This document shows, piece after piece, positions 1 through 14,149 of a DNA stretch of 64,000 nucleotides; positions within the stretch are counted from its first letter, which is position 1; each line of letters opens with the position of its first letter. The notes beneath the pieces are model-generated. The model saw only the letters and a list, made by a program, of their open reading frames with translations. It made no database searches and was not told the origin of the DNA. The translations under genes and the position numbers were made by a program. This stretch comes from Camelus dromedarius (lineage: Eukaryota). The stretch spans positions 53,632,001-53,696,000 of the forward strand of contig NC_087436.1 in NCBI RefSeq assembly GCF_036321535.1, read 5' to 3'.

Positions 1-19
1 TTTGATCTACTCTTTGTAG

Positions 20-112
20 GTTTCATTTGAAAGCACACTTGAAAACAGTTTGTAATACATAATTGTATATTTCAGATCCTGTGAAATAAAATCGGCTATA
101 TCAGACAAAAGG
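20..112 (+). other. Candidate 93-nt non-coding (UTR, lncRNA or poison) or stop-containing exon
   Basis: Acceptor ctactctttgtag|G and donor AGG|GTAAGC; stops in all three frames; followed by T-skewed intron-like DNA. Confidence 0.45.
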
Positions 113-1044
113 GTAAGCTGAACTGTAGGTAGGATGAAAACCATTAGTTGAGAAGAAGTTTTGTCTTTAGGTGGTGATTATGAATCAGTCATTTAAAAAC
201 TGATAAGCTTGACAAAAATCCTATATAAAATAAACATGAAATTGTATTGATTTCACTGAAGAATTTATAACAGTGTAAAAGGTACCACAAGCTACCATCT
301 GAGTACTCTTAATACCACAAACACCTCTTGTTCAGTGTTCTAGAAATAGTGAATCTTTTGTATTTATAATCTTAATATACTGTACCTTGGGTGATTGGTT
401 AAGGTGATTTATTGTCTTTGTTGATAATGTGTAGTTGTGAGCACTTCAAGAGCTTGCTTAAAAGTGACAGTGATGGTGGTGTGTTAGCAATGGGTGGCAT
501 TGGAGGAATATATCAGAAATTAGTGCTTTAATGCTTTATTTCCTTAATTCTAAGAGGCAGTCCATTTTAGGAAGTGTCAGCTTTGGAGGTAGAGGAGGAA
601 TAATGCATTAAATGTATGCAGTTCTAAATTTTTTTGAAAAAGTCCTAATTTATAGCATTTGGTTATCCTTATCATTACCATCTTAGAATAACAATTTTAT
701 TTTAAGTCTTTCTCCCAGTATGGGTAGGAAGGAATGATTCTGAGTCACTTTTGGCAAATGCCAGTTGAGTATCATAGTGACTTGCAAATTTTCCAACTTT
801 ATTAGAATCTTTTCTAAGTATAAGATTAGACTGTACATGATTTTCTCAGTTACTTTTTCCTGTCTGTCCAACAGGATATTATAAATAAATATATTTTCAT
901 AATAGAGAATTAAAATAATCTTTAACAGATGAATAGTAGTTCACTGTAGGGATGTGCCATATTTCATTTAACCAATTTAATTGTTAATACCAATTCTACA
1001 GAAGGATTTGAGGGATAGTATGTAAGAGTCAAATTAAAATCCTT

Positions 1045-1235
1045 ACATAGTACTCATTGTATGCCAGGCAGTATTCTAGGCACTTTACATGCACTTTAAC
1101 CTGCACAATAGTCCTTTGATGTAGGTGCTGTTTTCTCTGTTTTATAGATGAAGATACAGAAGCAGTGTGGATTTAAGTCAGTTAGTGTGGATTTGAGTCC
1201 TGGTAATTTTGGTTTGAGAGACCCTGTAATCACAT
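1045..1235 (-). mobile_element. MIR
   Basis: tgccaggca..ttttatagatgaaga reverse core. Confidence 0.7.
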
Positions 1236-4200
1236 ACTCTCTCAATAGTGTAGAGCCTCTCTGATAGGCTATAGTAAATTACACTAGATGGTAGTCAGTT
1301 TATAGGTCAGAATATTTTATTTTATTTCCTTTGGTAGTAAAACTTAAAAGAGATGGAGAGAGTCCCTCTCGGCTCACTGTTAGCAATCAGCTCATTTGGG
1401 AGTTTTGAGAACATAACGATAAAGGTACAGGAGTTTAGAGTTGCATAGATTAAGTGAATATTTTCATATACAGTTTAAAGTGTCTACATCCTGTTATCTT
1501 CTAAGATAAATGGCAAAATAAAGCAAAATTTTCAAGTTGATAGGAGTTGAGATTCTTAAATTCTGAAGTTTTCGTTCAAAGGATAATTTTAATTTACTAA
1601 GGCAGTGTGATGTGATGTTTTACATTTTAAAATTAAAACAAGTTAATGCCAAGTCTCTGTGCTACTTTTTCTCTAATTGTTACGGGTTTTCTTCATTACT
1701 GAGTAGAGGAGAAAAACAGCTGAATTTTCTCACTCAGAATTAGACCCTCTAGGCAAATACAAGATTTTGGGTCAGGTTGACATTAAAAAAAAGAAAAACC
1801 CTAGGTCAGTACTGTCCAGTGTCTCAGTAGACCAGTATAGAAATTCAGAGTGTCTGGAAATGTCTACAGAAATTTCATACAGCTGTGGCTTTAAAGTATG
1901 TGATCATTTCTTTAGTAACTGATTTTTTAAAATATATTTTATAAAAGTATAGTTGTGACAGGGATGCAGTTTAGGGTTTAAAACTGGTCCTTCACATGTA
2001 GTTTGAGAGACACTGCTTTTAGGTTGTTATCCTGAGTAGCCAAGACCAGCTCATTTGCCCATCAGTCCCCAAAACAACCAAGTATATTATCTCTCACTCA
2101 TCTCCTCACAGGTAATGGACTTGGTGTCAGAATTTCAGCCATACTGTAGTATCTTGCAAGAATGCTTTTTAGTATCTTGCTTACTGTGAGTTTCAAAGTA
2201 GGTATTAGGTAGCCTTCTAGTACTTTGTTTAGTTTTCGACTTTAATATTCTTGTGATTATTTCTTCCACTGCTAGAAGTAAAAAAAAAAAAAAAAATGAA
2301 ATTGTGGGCGTATGATCACATGTGGTGTGTCTTGCAATCCAGAGGAAATAATTTTTACATTTTAATCTTGCCCCCTTTTTTGCTTCAGAATTTGTAATTC
2401 CTTACAGTTATGCACAGAAGTTATGTCCCTACCTTTCCTCCAAAATATATATATATATTGAATACCTCTATTTACTGTCTTTTAGGTGTTGAGTGTACAG
2501 CAGAAAACAAAACAGACTGGTCTGTGCTCTAAACTTTTGAAAGGAGACATCTATTCAAAATAAATAAATCTCTCCACAAGGTTCTACAAATAGTTTGTGT
2601 TATTGAAATAGAATTACTGGGGATTAGTAGTCTAGAGGTAAATATAAAATGTTTGCTCTGAAGACCCTTCCAGTTTTAACATTGAGTCTGAACAGATCAC
2701 ACTATGGGAAGACTCGACCAAACCCTCATGTGTAAATTACAAATTTTGAAAGACTTAATTTCTACTTTATTTAACTGAACCCTGTATGATTGTCCAAGTA
2801 AAGTTTTGTGTCTATGGCTCTTTTTGGTTATGAGATTGTGCTTTTTGAAAAAGTTTCACTATCATTTAACGTATCTTTTGAGTTTGTTGAAGCATTTTAA
2901 ATGTGATTGTGTCTGCATTGGTGTGGTTTTATAGATAGCGATTTTCTCATTAGTCACCTTCCCAAATAACTGATTTTTTTCTTTTAGTGTTTGACCAAAC
3001 ATAACACGTGCATATTTTATTTTCACTACAGAAAAGTAGAAGGTGACAATTTCCTGCCTCCTTCAATCCCACTTCTTTTTCAAGGTACCACTCAAATTTC
3101 TTATAAATGTCTATAAATTTTCTGTGCATACACCATATATATGAGCACATGTGTGTAACTTTTCTTTGGGCACAAATAATTTTGCTAGCATTGCTTTCTC
3201 ATTTAATAATTCTGGACAGTTTTACATGTGATAATGCATGTAAAGCATTTTTATTAATTGTCTAGTGATCCATTTTATGAATGTATGCCTTACTGGACTG
3301 CTTATATTCCTTCCTTCCTTTCCTTGTAATTTTTGCCCTTACAGTTGCTCAGTGTGAGTTGTAGTCCTAGCTTTGTATACTGTAGTTTTTTTCGTATTTG
3401 TAAAGAAAACAATTTGCTTTTCTTCAGCAGTACTAAACATGCCTTGTTCTCTGCCCATTTCATATCCAGACCGTTCTAATCCTCATACAAGGATCATCAC
3501 CAATTTTGTGATTGTGTTCTACTTTGCAAGTTTTACAATTTTGGTCCTTGTGATATTTTTCTGATTGATTTTTGTTTTATTTTCTTCTAGTGAGCCAACA
3601 TTGAAGCACAAGTAAAATAGTTTATTTGCTAGATTGTACTTTTTGCAAAAGACAAGCAATAAGCTAGTAATTCTATTTTAGACCTGTAAACATTGGAAGA
3701 GCTTGAATCAAATAATAGTGATAATTGGACCTATTTCTGCTTTCAAGCCTTGTAATGAATTTAACTTCATAATTTTTGAACTGAGAGCATTTCCCAAACA
3801 CATCTTTATATTGTCATAACCAGTTTCCCTTGGTATTTGTTTTGTTTTTAAGAGAATTTGGCATGGGGGTTTATTTTTGTCTTCAGCCTTTGACTCAGTT
3901 TTGGGTGAATGGTCTGCACATGATGCCTGACATTTGTTTTTGGTGTAGGATACTTGACAAGATACATGAGGCATGAGATTTGTCCCAGCGTGACCCTGCT
4001 TTGTCAGTGTATTACATACAGATTTGGGCTTTTTTTTCCTGTAGATAATAACCATGGTTAAATATTTCAGTGTTCTGCATTTCTCCAAGCATAAGGGATT
4101 TGAACTGAGCCAGAATGATATTTAAGGGAATCACAAGTTCCTATTTCACACACTTTTTCTCCTTTCAGGAAACCACCAATTATTTATCTCCTCATGCTTA

Positions 4201-4375
4201 TTTTGAAGTGTTGCTATTTGTAAGGGTTCTGTCTTTAGTTGTTCATATTTTCCATCTCCACTATTAGGTTATCCATACTGTCACTTTGTGACAGTGACTT
4301 CCAAATCTTTGTCCTTAACCATGACCTTCCTCTTGTGCTCCAGATCCATGTTTTCCCCTGCCTGTTGTACCTCTG

Positions 4376-4588
4376 TCGGGTCAGCAAACTACAGCTCATA
4401 GGTCGTATTTGGCCTGCATTCTGTTTTGTAAATCTTTTTTTTTTTTTAAATATGACTTCATCCATTTGTTCACATATGTCTATGATGTTTTTTGTGCTAT
4501 GAAGGTGGAGTTGACTAGTGACAGACAAGCCTGCAAAGTGTAACAAGTACTACTTGGACCTTTGTAGAAGAAGTTTGCTGACCTTTAC
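4376..4588. mobile_element. MER58A-like hAT-Charlie element
   Basis: Inverted termini gggtcagcaaact..agtttgctgacc with a typical interior. Confidence 0.8.
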
Positions 4589-5423
4589 TCTAAATGTTTT
4601 GTAGTGATGATATTGACAAAAACCAAATATTCTTACCCTCTTTTCATTTCCTTTTCACTTTCAGCAAGCCCTTAACGCCTTTACCACCTGATGGCTTTAT
4701 TATCAGTTCAGTCAACAGTGTGATTTGCATCATCATTTATTTTCTCTCCCCTCTACTTAGACAATGTCTGAGTCCACTGCAGTTTCTTCTGATTGTACCT
4801 GGTACTGTCTGGGTTCTTATGCTAAAAGACATCTCAACTGACCTCTCTGCTTTTTGCCCGTGGCTTCAAATGCTCATTGTGCACCTGCATGTTAAGACTT
4901 CTTTTACTACTCTTTAGGAAGCAGTCAAGGTAACGAGAGTTCTCTACCTAAAAATACTGGAGCTTATATACTTATTCTCAAAGTGATACTTGGTGTTTTT
5001 AATAAAACTGATTGCAAAGTGTTTTCTAAATCATCCAACAAAGCTTGTACTCACTCTGAAGGACTACTTTAATAATATATTTCCTGTACTATGTAAAGCA
5101 GCATGTGATATGCCTTTGTTTGTTTCTTACTTTATTATAGGAAGTTAAAAAAAAATGAAGATGGGGGAAAATGTGAGAAAAGACTAAGCCAAACGTGAGG
5201 TTAGTGTGCAAAATGCATTCCATAAAGCCCATTCTAGTAACCAAATAAAATGGAGAAGCATTCAAAGATGTTAATATTGTGCTTGGGCAACTGCCTTTTG
5301 TGGGACACAGTTTTTGTTGTAAGTATCCAGCAGGCTATACCAAAGGAAGACAGGATTCAGTAGCTACTCCACACTAAGGTTAAAGAAAAAACAGCAACCT
5401 GCTCCAGAAAAGCACACACGCAT

Positions 5424-5618
5424 GCTTTGGGGTCAGACAGCCTCAGTTCAGATTCTAGTTCTGCCATCTAGTCAATGTTTAAGTTTAGTCATTTAGTTGA
5501 GCTCTCAAATCCAGTTTTCTCATCTATGAAACAAGGAGTGAAACCTGTGTCAGAGGGCAGCTGTGAGACTTAAATGAGGCCATGTGTGTCAGAGTGCAGT
5601 GCAGTGCTTGGTGCAGAG
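5424..5618 (+). mobile_element. MIR
   Basis: gggtcagacag..ttttctcatctatgaaa..taaatgag core. Confidence 0.75.
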
Positions 5619-6063
5619 CAGATGTGAAAAGAGTGTTGGTCTTCTTCCATGGGTCTCTGTAAAACAGTACCTGTACTGTGCATAATGAATGCAGTAGCTG
5701 ACATTCTATAGTAATACTGACTTTTATGGGATTTTTTTTAATAGCTAATATAGGCTGATGAAGTGATGCAAACTGTAGTTCCATAAATGTAATTGGGTGC
5801 AGGGCTTGACCGCATTTTGAGATGCAGCCCAGTGTATCCAGTCTCAGCTTATAATGTAATGGTGCTTAATCTAACAGCTTTTGATGGAACAAAGTTTTGT
5901 GTTAACCTCCAGGGTAGCTATATATATAATTGTATGTACTGTTTAGGATTTCTGTTGTTCTCCTGAAGCCACTCAATGGGTTCTCTAGGCTGAGTAACCT
6001 TGTATTCTTGTATTAAGGGCCCCTACTCTACAGGTATGATAATGGCTGCATAAATCCTTAAAC

Positions 6064-6763
6064 CAGTGGTTCTTAAATCTGTCCAACACCTCACTGCATA
6101 TGTAAAAGCAAACGTGTCATTGCATACTCCTATCATCTTAAAATGAAATTTACAGGCAATATAACTTGCTTACCGCTTGTTTTTAAAAAGTTAATTAGCT
6201 AACTAGAGAATAATAGAAATAACAATAGAATAATAACAGGGGAAATTAGAGGGAAGTAGTTTTTAGTAAAATTTTAGACCAAAAGTTAACTATATAATGA
6301 AAGTAGTCAGGTAATTGAACCCATATCTAACAACAATTTAGACAATTGAACCCATATCTAATAACATTTAGACAACTCTAAATGCAAGGTATTAAATTTC
6401 TCTGAAATGGTGAATAATACTTAGGACTGAGCTCTGGACAAAAAGTATATATATTTTCAACTTAGATATTTCGGGTAAATTCAGAGTATATTGAAACTGA
6501 AAAAACTAAGTGTTAGATAAAGTTAGGTAATACAGCTAGATTCAAGATTTCAATATTACAGATTTTTAAGAAAATTACGTAAATATCTGGCAGGATATTT
6601 GAATGTTGTTTGTGATACTAGCTCTTCGGTATGTGTATCTATATATTGCTTATCCCTAATAATGCTGGGAGTACTCCACCTATAACTGTTATAATCAAGT
6701 GTCCTATAAATTTCTCCTGGTTATGGTAGTAGTCAGTGGTACTGTGTCCCTTGAGAACCAGTC
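6064..6763. mobile_element. hAT-Charlie non-autonomous DNA transposon
   Basis: TIRs cagtggttcttaa..ttgagaaccagt; degenerate 8-bp TSD ccttaaac/ctttagat. Confidence 0.65.
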
Positions 6764-6771
6764 CTTTAGAT

Positions 6772-7010
6772 TGGTGCTTTTCATATTTCATTGTGCATGT
6801 GAATCAGCTGGTCAATCTGATTCATTATGCCTGGAGTCAGGCCTGTAATTCTGCATTTATAAGAAGCTCCTACGTGATTCCTGTGATGATTATTGTGGTC
6901 CACTGACCACACTAGGCTTAACAATCTGTATCTGTAATGTCCAAAACAATAGCTCAGATACTGGACATTTTATCATTGCAGAAGGTTCTGTTAGACAGCT
7001 GTGCTCTATT
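6772..7010. mobile_element. MER5A followed by a MER3/MER33-like fragment
   Basis: ctgattca..ctgcattt..aagctcc..gtgatt..gaccacact, then cattgcagaaggttctgttagacag. Confidence 0.65.
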
Positions 7011-7789
7011 GTTTCTCAAGTGAGATTTTAGTAAGTTTCAAATAGCAATGAATTTCACTTTTGGACAAGTATCTGAAGAACTAGTTGTGTGTGCATTCAT
7101 ATGCTTTAGGATCAGAGTTTTGCATTCTTTTTGTGACAGTTTGACAGTCGGTTAAAGACATGTACCTGAATGAAATGTCACAAAATCTGCAGAGATGGGT
7201 AGGCTCTACTGAAAGAGTTCTAAAACATAAAAACAGCATTTTTTAATGTATTTATTACTGCAGCCTACAACAAGAATACATTTTGTATCTTGGCTCTGTT
7301 TATGTATGTATACCAAAACAAAAGTTTCACTCAGCTGTACTCAGCTGTACCATAGGGAATGAATGCATTTTGAGATTTTTTTTATGCTTATCTATTTCTT
7401 TTTAAATCTTTGGTCTTGGTCCTTTTCATCTAGTCAGTCACAACGTGCAGTTTGAAAAAATGCCGTAAAAGGTATCCCTGGTAATGTGAGCTTATTAATG
7501 TGAGTTTATACCCGTTGGGCCACATTGGCCATGAAACAGTCTCTCTTAAGCCTCCATTGTTTGTTTACACTTGGTTGACTTAACTTAATTAGACTCTAAC
7601 ATAAATACAAAAATTCCCAGATAACTGAATGAGTTATCTTGCCACATGGCACTATTAACTCTTAGTTAAACAGTTAAGACTTTGCCCAAAGTGGTAATGC
7701 TGGTTTTATGCTGATCGGTACTTTGTGGAATATGGGATTTTGCAGGGTGGGGGGCACAATAATTACATTGCAAAACTCATTACCTAAGT

Positions 7790-7917
7790 GGGGAGGTTAC
7801 AGCTCAGGCGGTAGGAGCGCATGCTTAGCATGCATGAGGTCCTGCGTTCAATCCCCAGTACCTCCTCCAAAATAAGTATATCAACTTCTCCCTTAAAAAA
7901 AAAACTTAATAAAAAAT
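7790..7917 (+). mobile_element. tRNA-derived SINE (camelid Vic-1-like)
   Basis: A/B-box-like head agctcaggcggta..gttcaatcccc, A-rich tail, degenerate TSD aaaactcattaccta/aagactagttaccta. Confidence 0.85.
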
Positions 7918-8699
7918 AAGACTAGTTACCTATTTAAGGTCACACAATTTTTGCGAGTATAAACCACGTCATCTGCAATAACACAAATACTTCATATAAA
8001 GAGAGAGCTTGTATTTATCTTACGTGTGGTATCAACTGATTAAGTTGCAAATTAGAAGGTGGAGGGAACATGCACGTTAGTTTTTTTTTTTTTAATATCT
8101 TACTGGGATTCTAATCTGTTAAAGGTGTTTCTTACCACTCAGTCTCCCACAAGACTCAGTATTTAGTCATTCAGCAAATAATCCTTAAGCATCTATTATG
8201 TGCCAGCCACTTCTAAGTGCTGAATAGACAGGAGAACAGAATAGACATGGTTCCACCCCAATGATTATAATCTTGAGTTTATATTATGTAAATATGTGAA
8301 AATACATTTATTATTAAATGTTTACTATGTGCCAGGCTAATTTACACTAATAAAGCGGAACAAAAATTTCTCACCTAATGAAGCTTTTGCTCTGTTGGAT
8401 TTGTAGATATGTTTTATTTTCTCCATGTATTTGTAACAGTTTTTGCTTTATACAATTCAACACAAAGTTATCAGATGCTAAAAGATAAGTTTCCATTGTT
8501 AATTGTGCTTTATCGTACAGAGAAATTATTAGTATTTTTCCATTGCAGTAGGTATCACTGATGTCACCTGCCCTGAACCACTTTTTTCTACGAGCTGTTG
8601 ATTCTCCTTACTCCCTGAGATCCTTATAGACTTAGGTCAAGCTCTTGGATTTCACTTAAGACCTATAAGAGTTATCATATGTGAACTCCAGATAAGCAT

Positions 8700-11280
8700 T
8701 TTTAAAGCTTTTTAGTTGACATAATTTCAAAATTACAGAAAATTTTAAGAGTAGCACAAAGAATTTCCATACACCCATCACCCAGATTCATCAAATGTTA
8801 GCATTTTATCCTATTTATTCTAAATTTTTTCTGAACTATTTGAGAATAAGCTGATGTCCTCCTCTGCCTTAAACACTTCAGGGTGTGTTCCCTAAAATAT
8901 TTAGTGTATGCTTTCTAAAAGGACATTCTCTTATATAACCATAATACAATGATCAAATCAGACGTTCACATTGGTACAGTAATATAATCTATAAATTATA
9001 TTCAGATTTTACCATCTGCCAATAATTTATTTGTTAGCAGATGAAAGCCTCCGTTCATACATTGCATTCTGTTGTCATACCCCTTTAGTCTCCTTAATTT
9101 AGAACAGATTCTCAGCCCTCCTTTATGTTTAAGGACATTAACATTTTTAAAGAGCATATGCCAGTTATTTTGTAGAATATTTCTCAGTGTGGGTTTCAAT
9201 AATGTTTCTTCATGGTCAGAATCAGGTTACAAATTTGGCAAGTATACAACAGAAGTCGGGGCATCATATCAGGGAGCCCATGATATCAGTTTGTTCCATT
9301 ACTGGTGATAACTTTGATCACTTGATTAAGGTGATTTCTGTGGTTGTCTCCAATATAAACTTACTAATTTTTCCTTTGTAGCAGTTACATATCTTTTAGT
9401 GGAACTTCTTGTTTGTCCACAAATATTAACCAAAAAGTTTTAGTACCCATTGATGGTCTTGTGCCTTCAGTTATGATGATTGCCAAATTTTTTTTTCCTA
9501 CTTCCATTGTCATTCTGTATCTGTTAGTTGGTTTCCTGTTGTAAGAAAGAGATTCCCGTTAAGTAATTAGTTAATTTCAGTGCAGAGTAGAGGTTTCTAT
9601 TTTATTCAGTAGATAATCCTTTACTATAGTTATTTTGATGTTCATGCCCTAGATTCAGCCAGTGGGACCCCCATCAAGCTGGCTCCTTATCTTTTGACGT
9701 GCTCGCATCATTGAGTGGAATTTTCTTTTGGTTGCAGAAGGATGTCCCCAGGCTTCTCTTGACTCACCTTGTACTTTCTCTGCTTCAGCCCTGAAATTCG
9801 TGATATCTCCATGGAGCCCTGATTCCTTTAGACAATGTACTTTGGTAACCAAGATCTGGGCAGTTGGTATACTCATTGTTACCAGGGTGTCGTTGCTTGC
9901 AAGTTCTCACAGGAGACAGAGCTAGGAGATAGAAGTTTGTATGTATACATAACCACATATCTCTCTTTCTTTAATCATATTCATATATACAGACACACAC
10001 ACATGCCCCCTTAAATCCATGATTATTTCACACTGGTATCTCTAATTCCAACCCAGAACAGCCATCTTTCTGTTCTCTCTTCCCATATATGTAATTCTTT
10101 TCTGTATACAATGAGGAAGCAGGATATCATCCCCAATACATTATTCAATCCTAGAAGAATAAACAAAATAGTTTCATAATTGCTAGCCTATGCCTTTGCA
10201 AAAAGGAACTCTAAGAATTTGAGATATGTTTAGCGTTCATTTTTATCTCTAGATTTAGGGCATTAGTTCAAACACTGTTCAAATCTTCATTTCTCTCTCC
10301 TACCAATCCTTTCCTTTGGTGTAGCTATGTTATCATTTGAAATATTTTGCTCATTCGTTTCTGTTTGAATTCCATTTTAGGACTCCCTGCCCCCATCACA
10401 TCTTGTTTCCTCTCCTCCCTTCCCCCTTTCATTTCCTTTTTTTCTCTTCCCTTCTTCCTTTCCCTTTTTTCCTCCCTCCCTTTACCCCTCCCCCTTCTCT
10501 CTTCCCCATCTCCCTTCCCTTTCTTCTTCCTTGCATGTATAAAACATTAGCATAGTTCCAAAAGTCAGAATGGTTTATAAAGTTAGACTCAGAAAAATTA
10601 CATCCTTCTCTTCCCCTAATTCTTTCTGTCCTTTCTACCCCGTTCCAACCTTTCTCATATAGGTAACCAAATTCATGCGAATCCTGGTTATCTTTCCTTT
10701 ATTTCTTCTGCGTAAAGGAGTAGATACATGTTTGTTTTCTTACGTACTCTTCTTACGCAAAGAGTAACATTATAGATATCTTTTGCACTGTTTACTTTGC
10801 CTGACAATGTATGCTGGAAGTTGTTCCACTTCAGTCCACAGAGATTTTTACAGCTACAGCGTACTTCATTGTCCCATAGTTTATTCAGCCACTTAGTTAC
10901 ATATAACCAAATGCTTTCCAATATATGTAGTTACAAACAGTGCTGCAATGAATAATCTTGTAGTTCAATTTTCATGGATCTTCAGATTAAACTCCCGGAA
11001 ATGGGATTGTTTGGTTAAAAGGTAGGTATATATGTAGTTTTGTTAGTCCCTTCCTTAAGGTTTGCATCTGTGCATTACCACCTGCAGTGTGTGTGCGCTT
11101 GTTTCCCCAGGGCCTCACCAACAGAATGTGTTGTTAGTACTTATATAGTATTTGCGAGTGGAAAGAGGAGAAATGGTGTTTTGGTAGTTTTTATGTTCTT
11201 TATTTTGAGTGGTGTTGAATATATTTTTTAGGCTTTGTGTGTATGTTGTGTCATATCTTTTACCCATTTTATTACCAAGT
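8700..11280 (-). mobile_element. Old L1 (L1MC/L1ME) 3' UTR fragments
   Basis: ataatttcaaaattacagaaa..cacccagattca..ttgatcacttgattaaggtg motifs; includes a pyrimidine tract at 10395-10532. Confidence 0.7.
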
Positions 11281-12879
11281 TTTTCCATTCTAGTATTTTT
11301 GACAGCTCCTCAGGTAGTAACCAGGTAATTAAATGTGTAGCCAGGATTGAAAATTGCTGCCCTGTTCTTATAAAACTTCACCTTGGCCACATTTGTAGTC
11401 CTTTCCCAAGATAAATGTGTGGGTGTGCATGCGTGCGTGTGTGTACATGCCCCAGAATCAGTAAGGAGAGTGAGAACTGGTGTTTTGGGGGTTCCTGGTT
11501 CCAGTTGTAACTGAAGCCCATCTGTTTCCCTACTCTTTCTACTTTTCATTTGATAATTTCTACATTCTGTGAGCAAATAACCTCCACCCTTAAGTTAGTT
11601 GGATTTCAGTTGCTAGCAGAATAGCCTGAAGAAAATAACCATTTTATTCTTTGTTACTGTAATTTTTCATATTCTCTCGAGGAGTACTCTTCATCTGTTG
11701 GTCAGTTTTGCTGTTTTTTCACTTTATTTCTGATGGAGTCTTTGATGTACCCATATTAAAAGGTTAGTGAACTACAATGTAAATGTACTCTTCTGGCATT
11801 TCTCACATTTTCTAGTGCTGGGCCTTCTTGATGCCATCTAAGCTTTCCATTCCCCTTTGCCTGTGACAGCCCTCGCTTTAGTTCTTGCACTGTTGTCATA
11901 AAGAAGGACATGCATTTTTGGGTGCAGGTGTATATTCCTGGCGCTCTCTGCTATCTGCCACCACTGTGCCATCCCTGTTTACACAATCTTAGGTGCTTCT
12001 GGCTGTACTTATCTATGTTTCGGTGTCTCTGGATTATCCTGTTTCACTGAGGAACACCACAAAGTTTCCCTCCTGCCTGTATTACTGTTTTTGCCCAGTT
12101 TCCAGGAGGAGAAAGGGAAAGATGCTGCTTCACACAATTTCACATCAGAAGTCGGTATTCCTCTTCACTGTTATTTTGTTATGATTATGGGAAGGAAGAA
12201 AGGTAAATTTATCCTCTGTCTGTTGTTTTCAGTTTGAAACCAGATTTTGGCCTCTTTAATCCTTTCTGAGTTTGCCTGTCTTTAATACAGAAGACTAACC
12301 TATTGTTATAATTTATATCTTTGGGGTGATAATCATCTTTTTAGTTTCTTAAAATGTTAGGTTGCTCCTTTTTCAGTGTTTTGCTTTAAACTATTTTCTT
12401 TGCTTTTTTCTTTCTGAAATGTGCATTTTATTTTTGATTCTTTTAATGGATATTTTAAGTTTGCATAGCATTCTTCTTATATTCTTCATCAATGTTAACT
12501 AGTCCATGATGTAATATTTTTAGCTCTTCTTATTTAACAAAATCCTCAAACTTTTACTATTTTCAGTCTTTTTAGAGGCTAGATTATTATTAAAACTTTT
12601 TTTACACTGTTCATATTTTCAATGAGTAGTACTTTCGACAGTTTACATTGTTTTATGACCACACTTACAGTATTTATATTTGTAACTACTTTGTCTTATT
12701 TACTGCCTGACCCTGAAGTCATCATTTTCAAAAATAATGAAATTAGCTTTATTATTTTTATTTGACCATATAAATGGTATTTGTTCATTAAAAATACAAT
12801 TTATAAAAGCATGAGAACTGTTAATATGTTGGTGGTCAGATTCTCATGTATTCATAATATCCACAAAACACAGGACTAG

Positions 12880-13397
12880 TTAAGGTGTTGGGCTGCAGTT
12901 GCCCCAAATATTTGACCAAAAGTAATATCAACAATAGAGGTTTATTAATTAAATATATAACATGTAATATGAAGACAAGAGGTTGAAGGTTACAGGGTTT
13001 ACAACAGTTTAGCAAAGCCAGGGCTTTGGACTGGCATCTCTTGATTTCCTTGGCTTTCCTCTCATAGTCACAAGACGGCTCTCACAGCTCCAGCCATAAC
13101 TTCCTCAGATAACTCTGTTCGAAAGCAAGAAATAAAGAAATAACCTGCTTTTCCTTGTGTCTCTCTTTTCAAGGAGAAAAGAAATCTTTCCGAGGAGACC
13201 CTAGCAGATTTTTACTTTCCATCGGGCAGATTTTTACTTTCCATCGGGCAGATTACATGGTCATGCCTCAGCTGCAGCGCAGACTGGGAAAGAGTGCCTC
13301 TGGCATTTTCTGCCTCTGCATTGAGAGGTAGACTTTGATAGTGAGAAAGGATGATAGAGGATGGCTATTGGATAGACAGCTGACAGTATCTGTCACA
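12880..13397. mobile_element. MLT1J/K-like MaLR LTR
   Basis: ctcatagtcacaagacggct..cagctccag..agactgggaaa..ends tctgtcaca. Confidence 0.7.
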
Positions 13398-13520
13398 CTT
13401 GTAATTGTACATAAAACAGCTATGTCTGGTGTTTATTTTGGTGTGGACATTTTTCAAAAGAAAACTGTTTTCCTTTCCATAAGCAAACCCCACATAATCA
13501 TTACTAAAAATCTGTTACCT

Positions 13521-13646
13521 GGGGGGAGAGTGGAGAGTGTAGCTCAGTGGTAGAGTGCATGCTTAACATGCACGAGGTCCTGGGCTCAAACCCCAGTATT
13601 GCCTTTAAAATAAATAAAATAAACATAATTCCATGCCCCCCCCCCC
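13521..13646 (+). mobile_element. tRNA-derived SINE
   Basis: tagctcagtggtagag..gggctcaaacccc; TSD aaatctgttac at 13508 and 13647. Confidence 0.9.
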
Positions 13647-14149
13647 AAATCTGTTACTTCACTCTTTACTATGCTTATGTATATACACAGATAGAGTGGA
13701 GGTTTGTCATTGTTTTATAAAATGGGTTCACATTATGTACATTTATCTGCATCTTGCTTTTCTTGCTTACTATTTAGTATAAATTCTATGTTAATAGGCA
13801 CAGATCTACTTTCAGTTATTTTAAAGCCTGTGCAGTTTTTGCTGTGTATGTACCATGTTTTATCCAACCATATCTTTATTGATGAGTATTCTATCTTGTT
13901 TCTAGTTTTTTCCTCTGCAAGTAGTACCATTACAAATATCCTTCCTATGCATATGTCCTTATGTTTTAGGGCTTTATTTAGATTATGGGAATGGTGACCC
14001 AATGCTGTGTTAAAGGAAGTGTTGTCATACACATGCATAATTTTACGTAAGTTTGAAAATGTTATAAATCCACGTATCACCCACAAACGTGTAAAAGAGT
14101 TCCATTTTCTTAGTACCTTTACTAGTGGTAGTTGTTTGCTCATTGTGTA

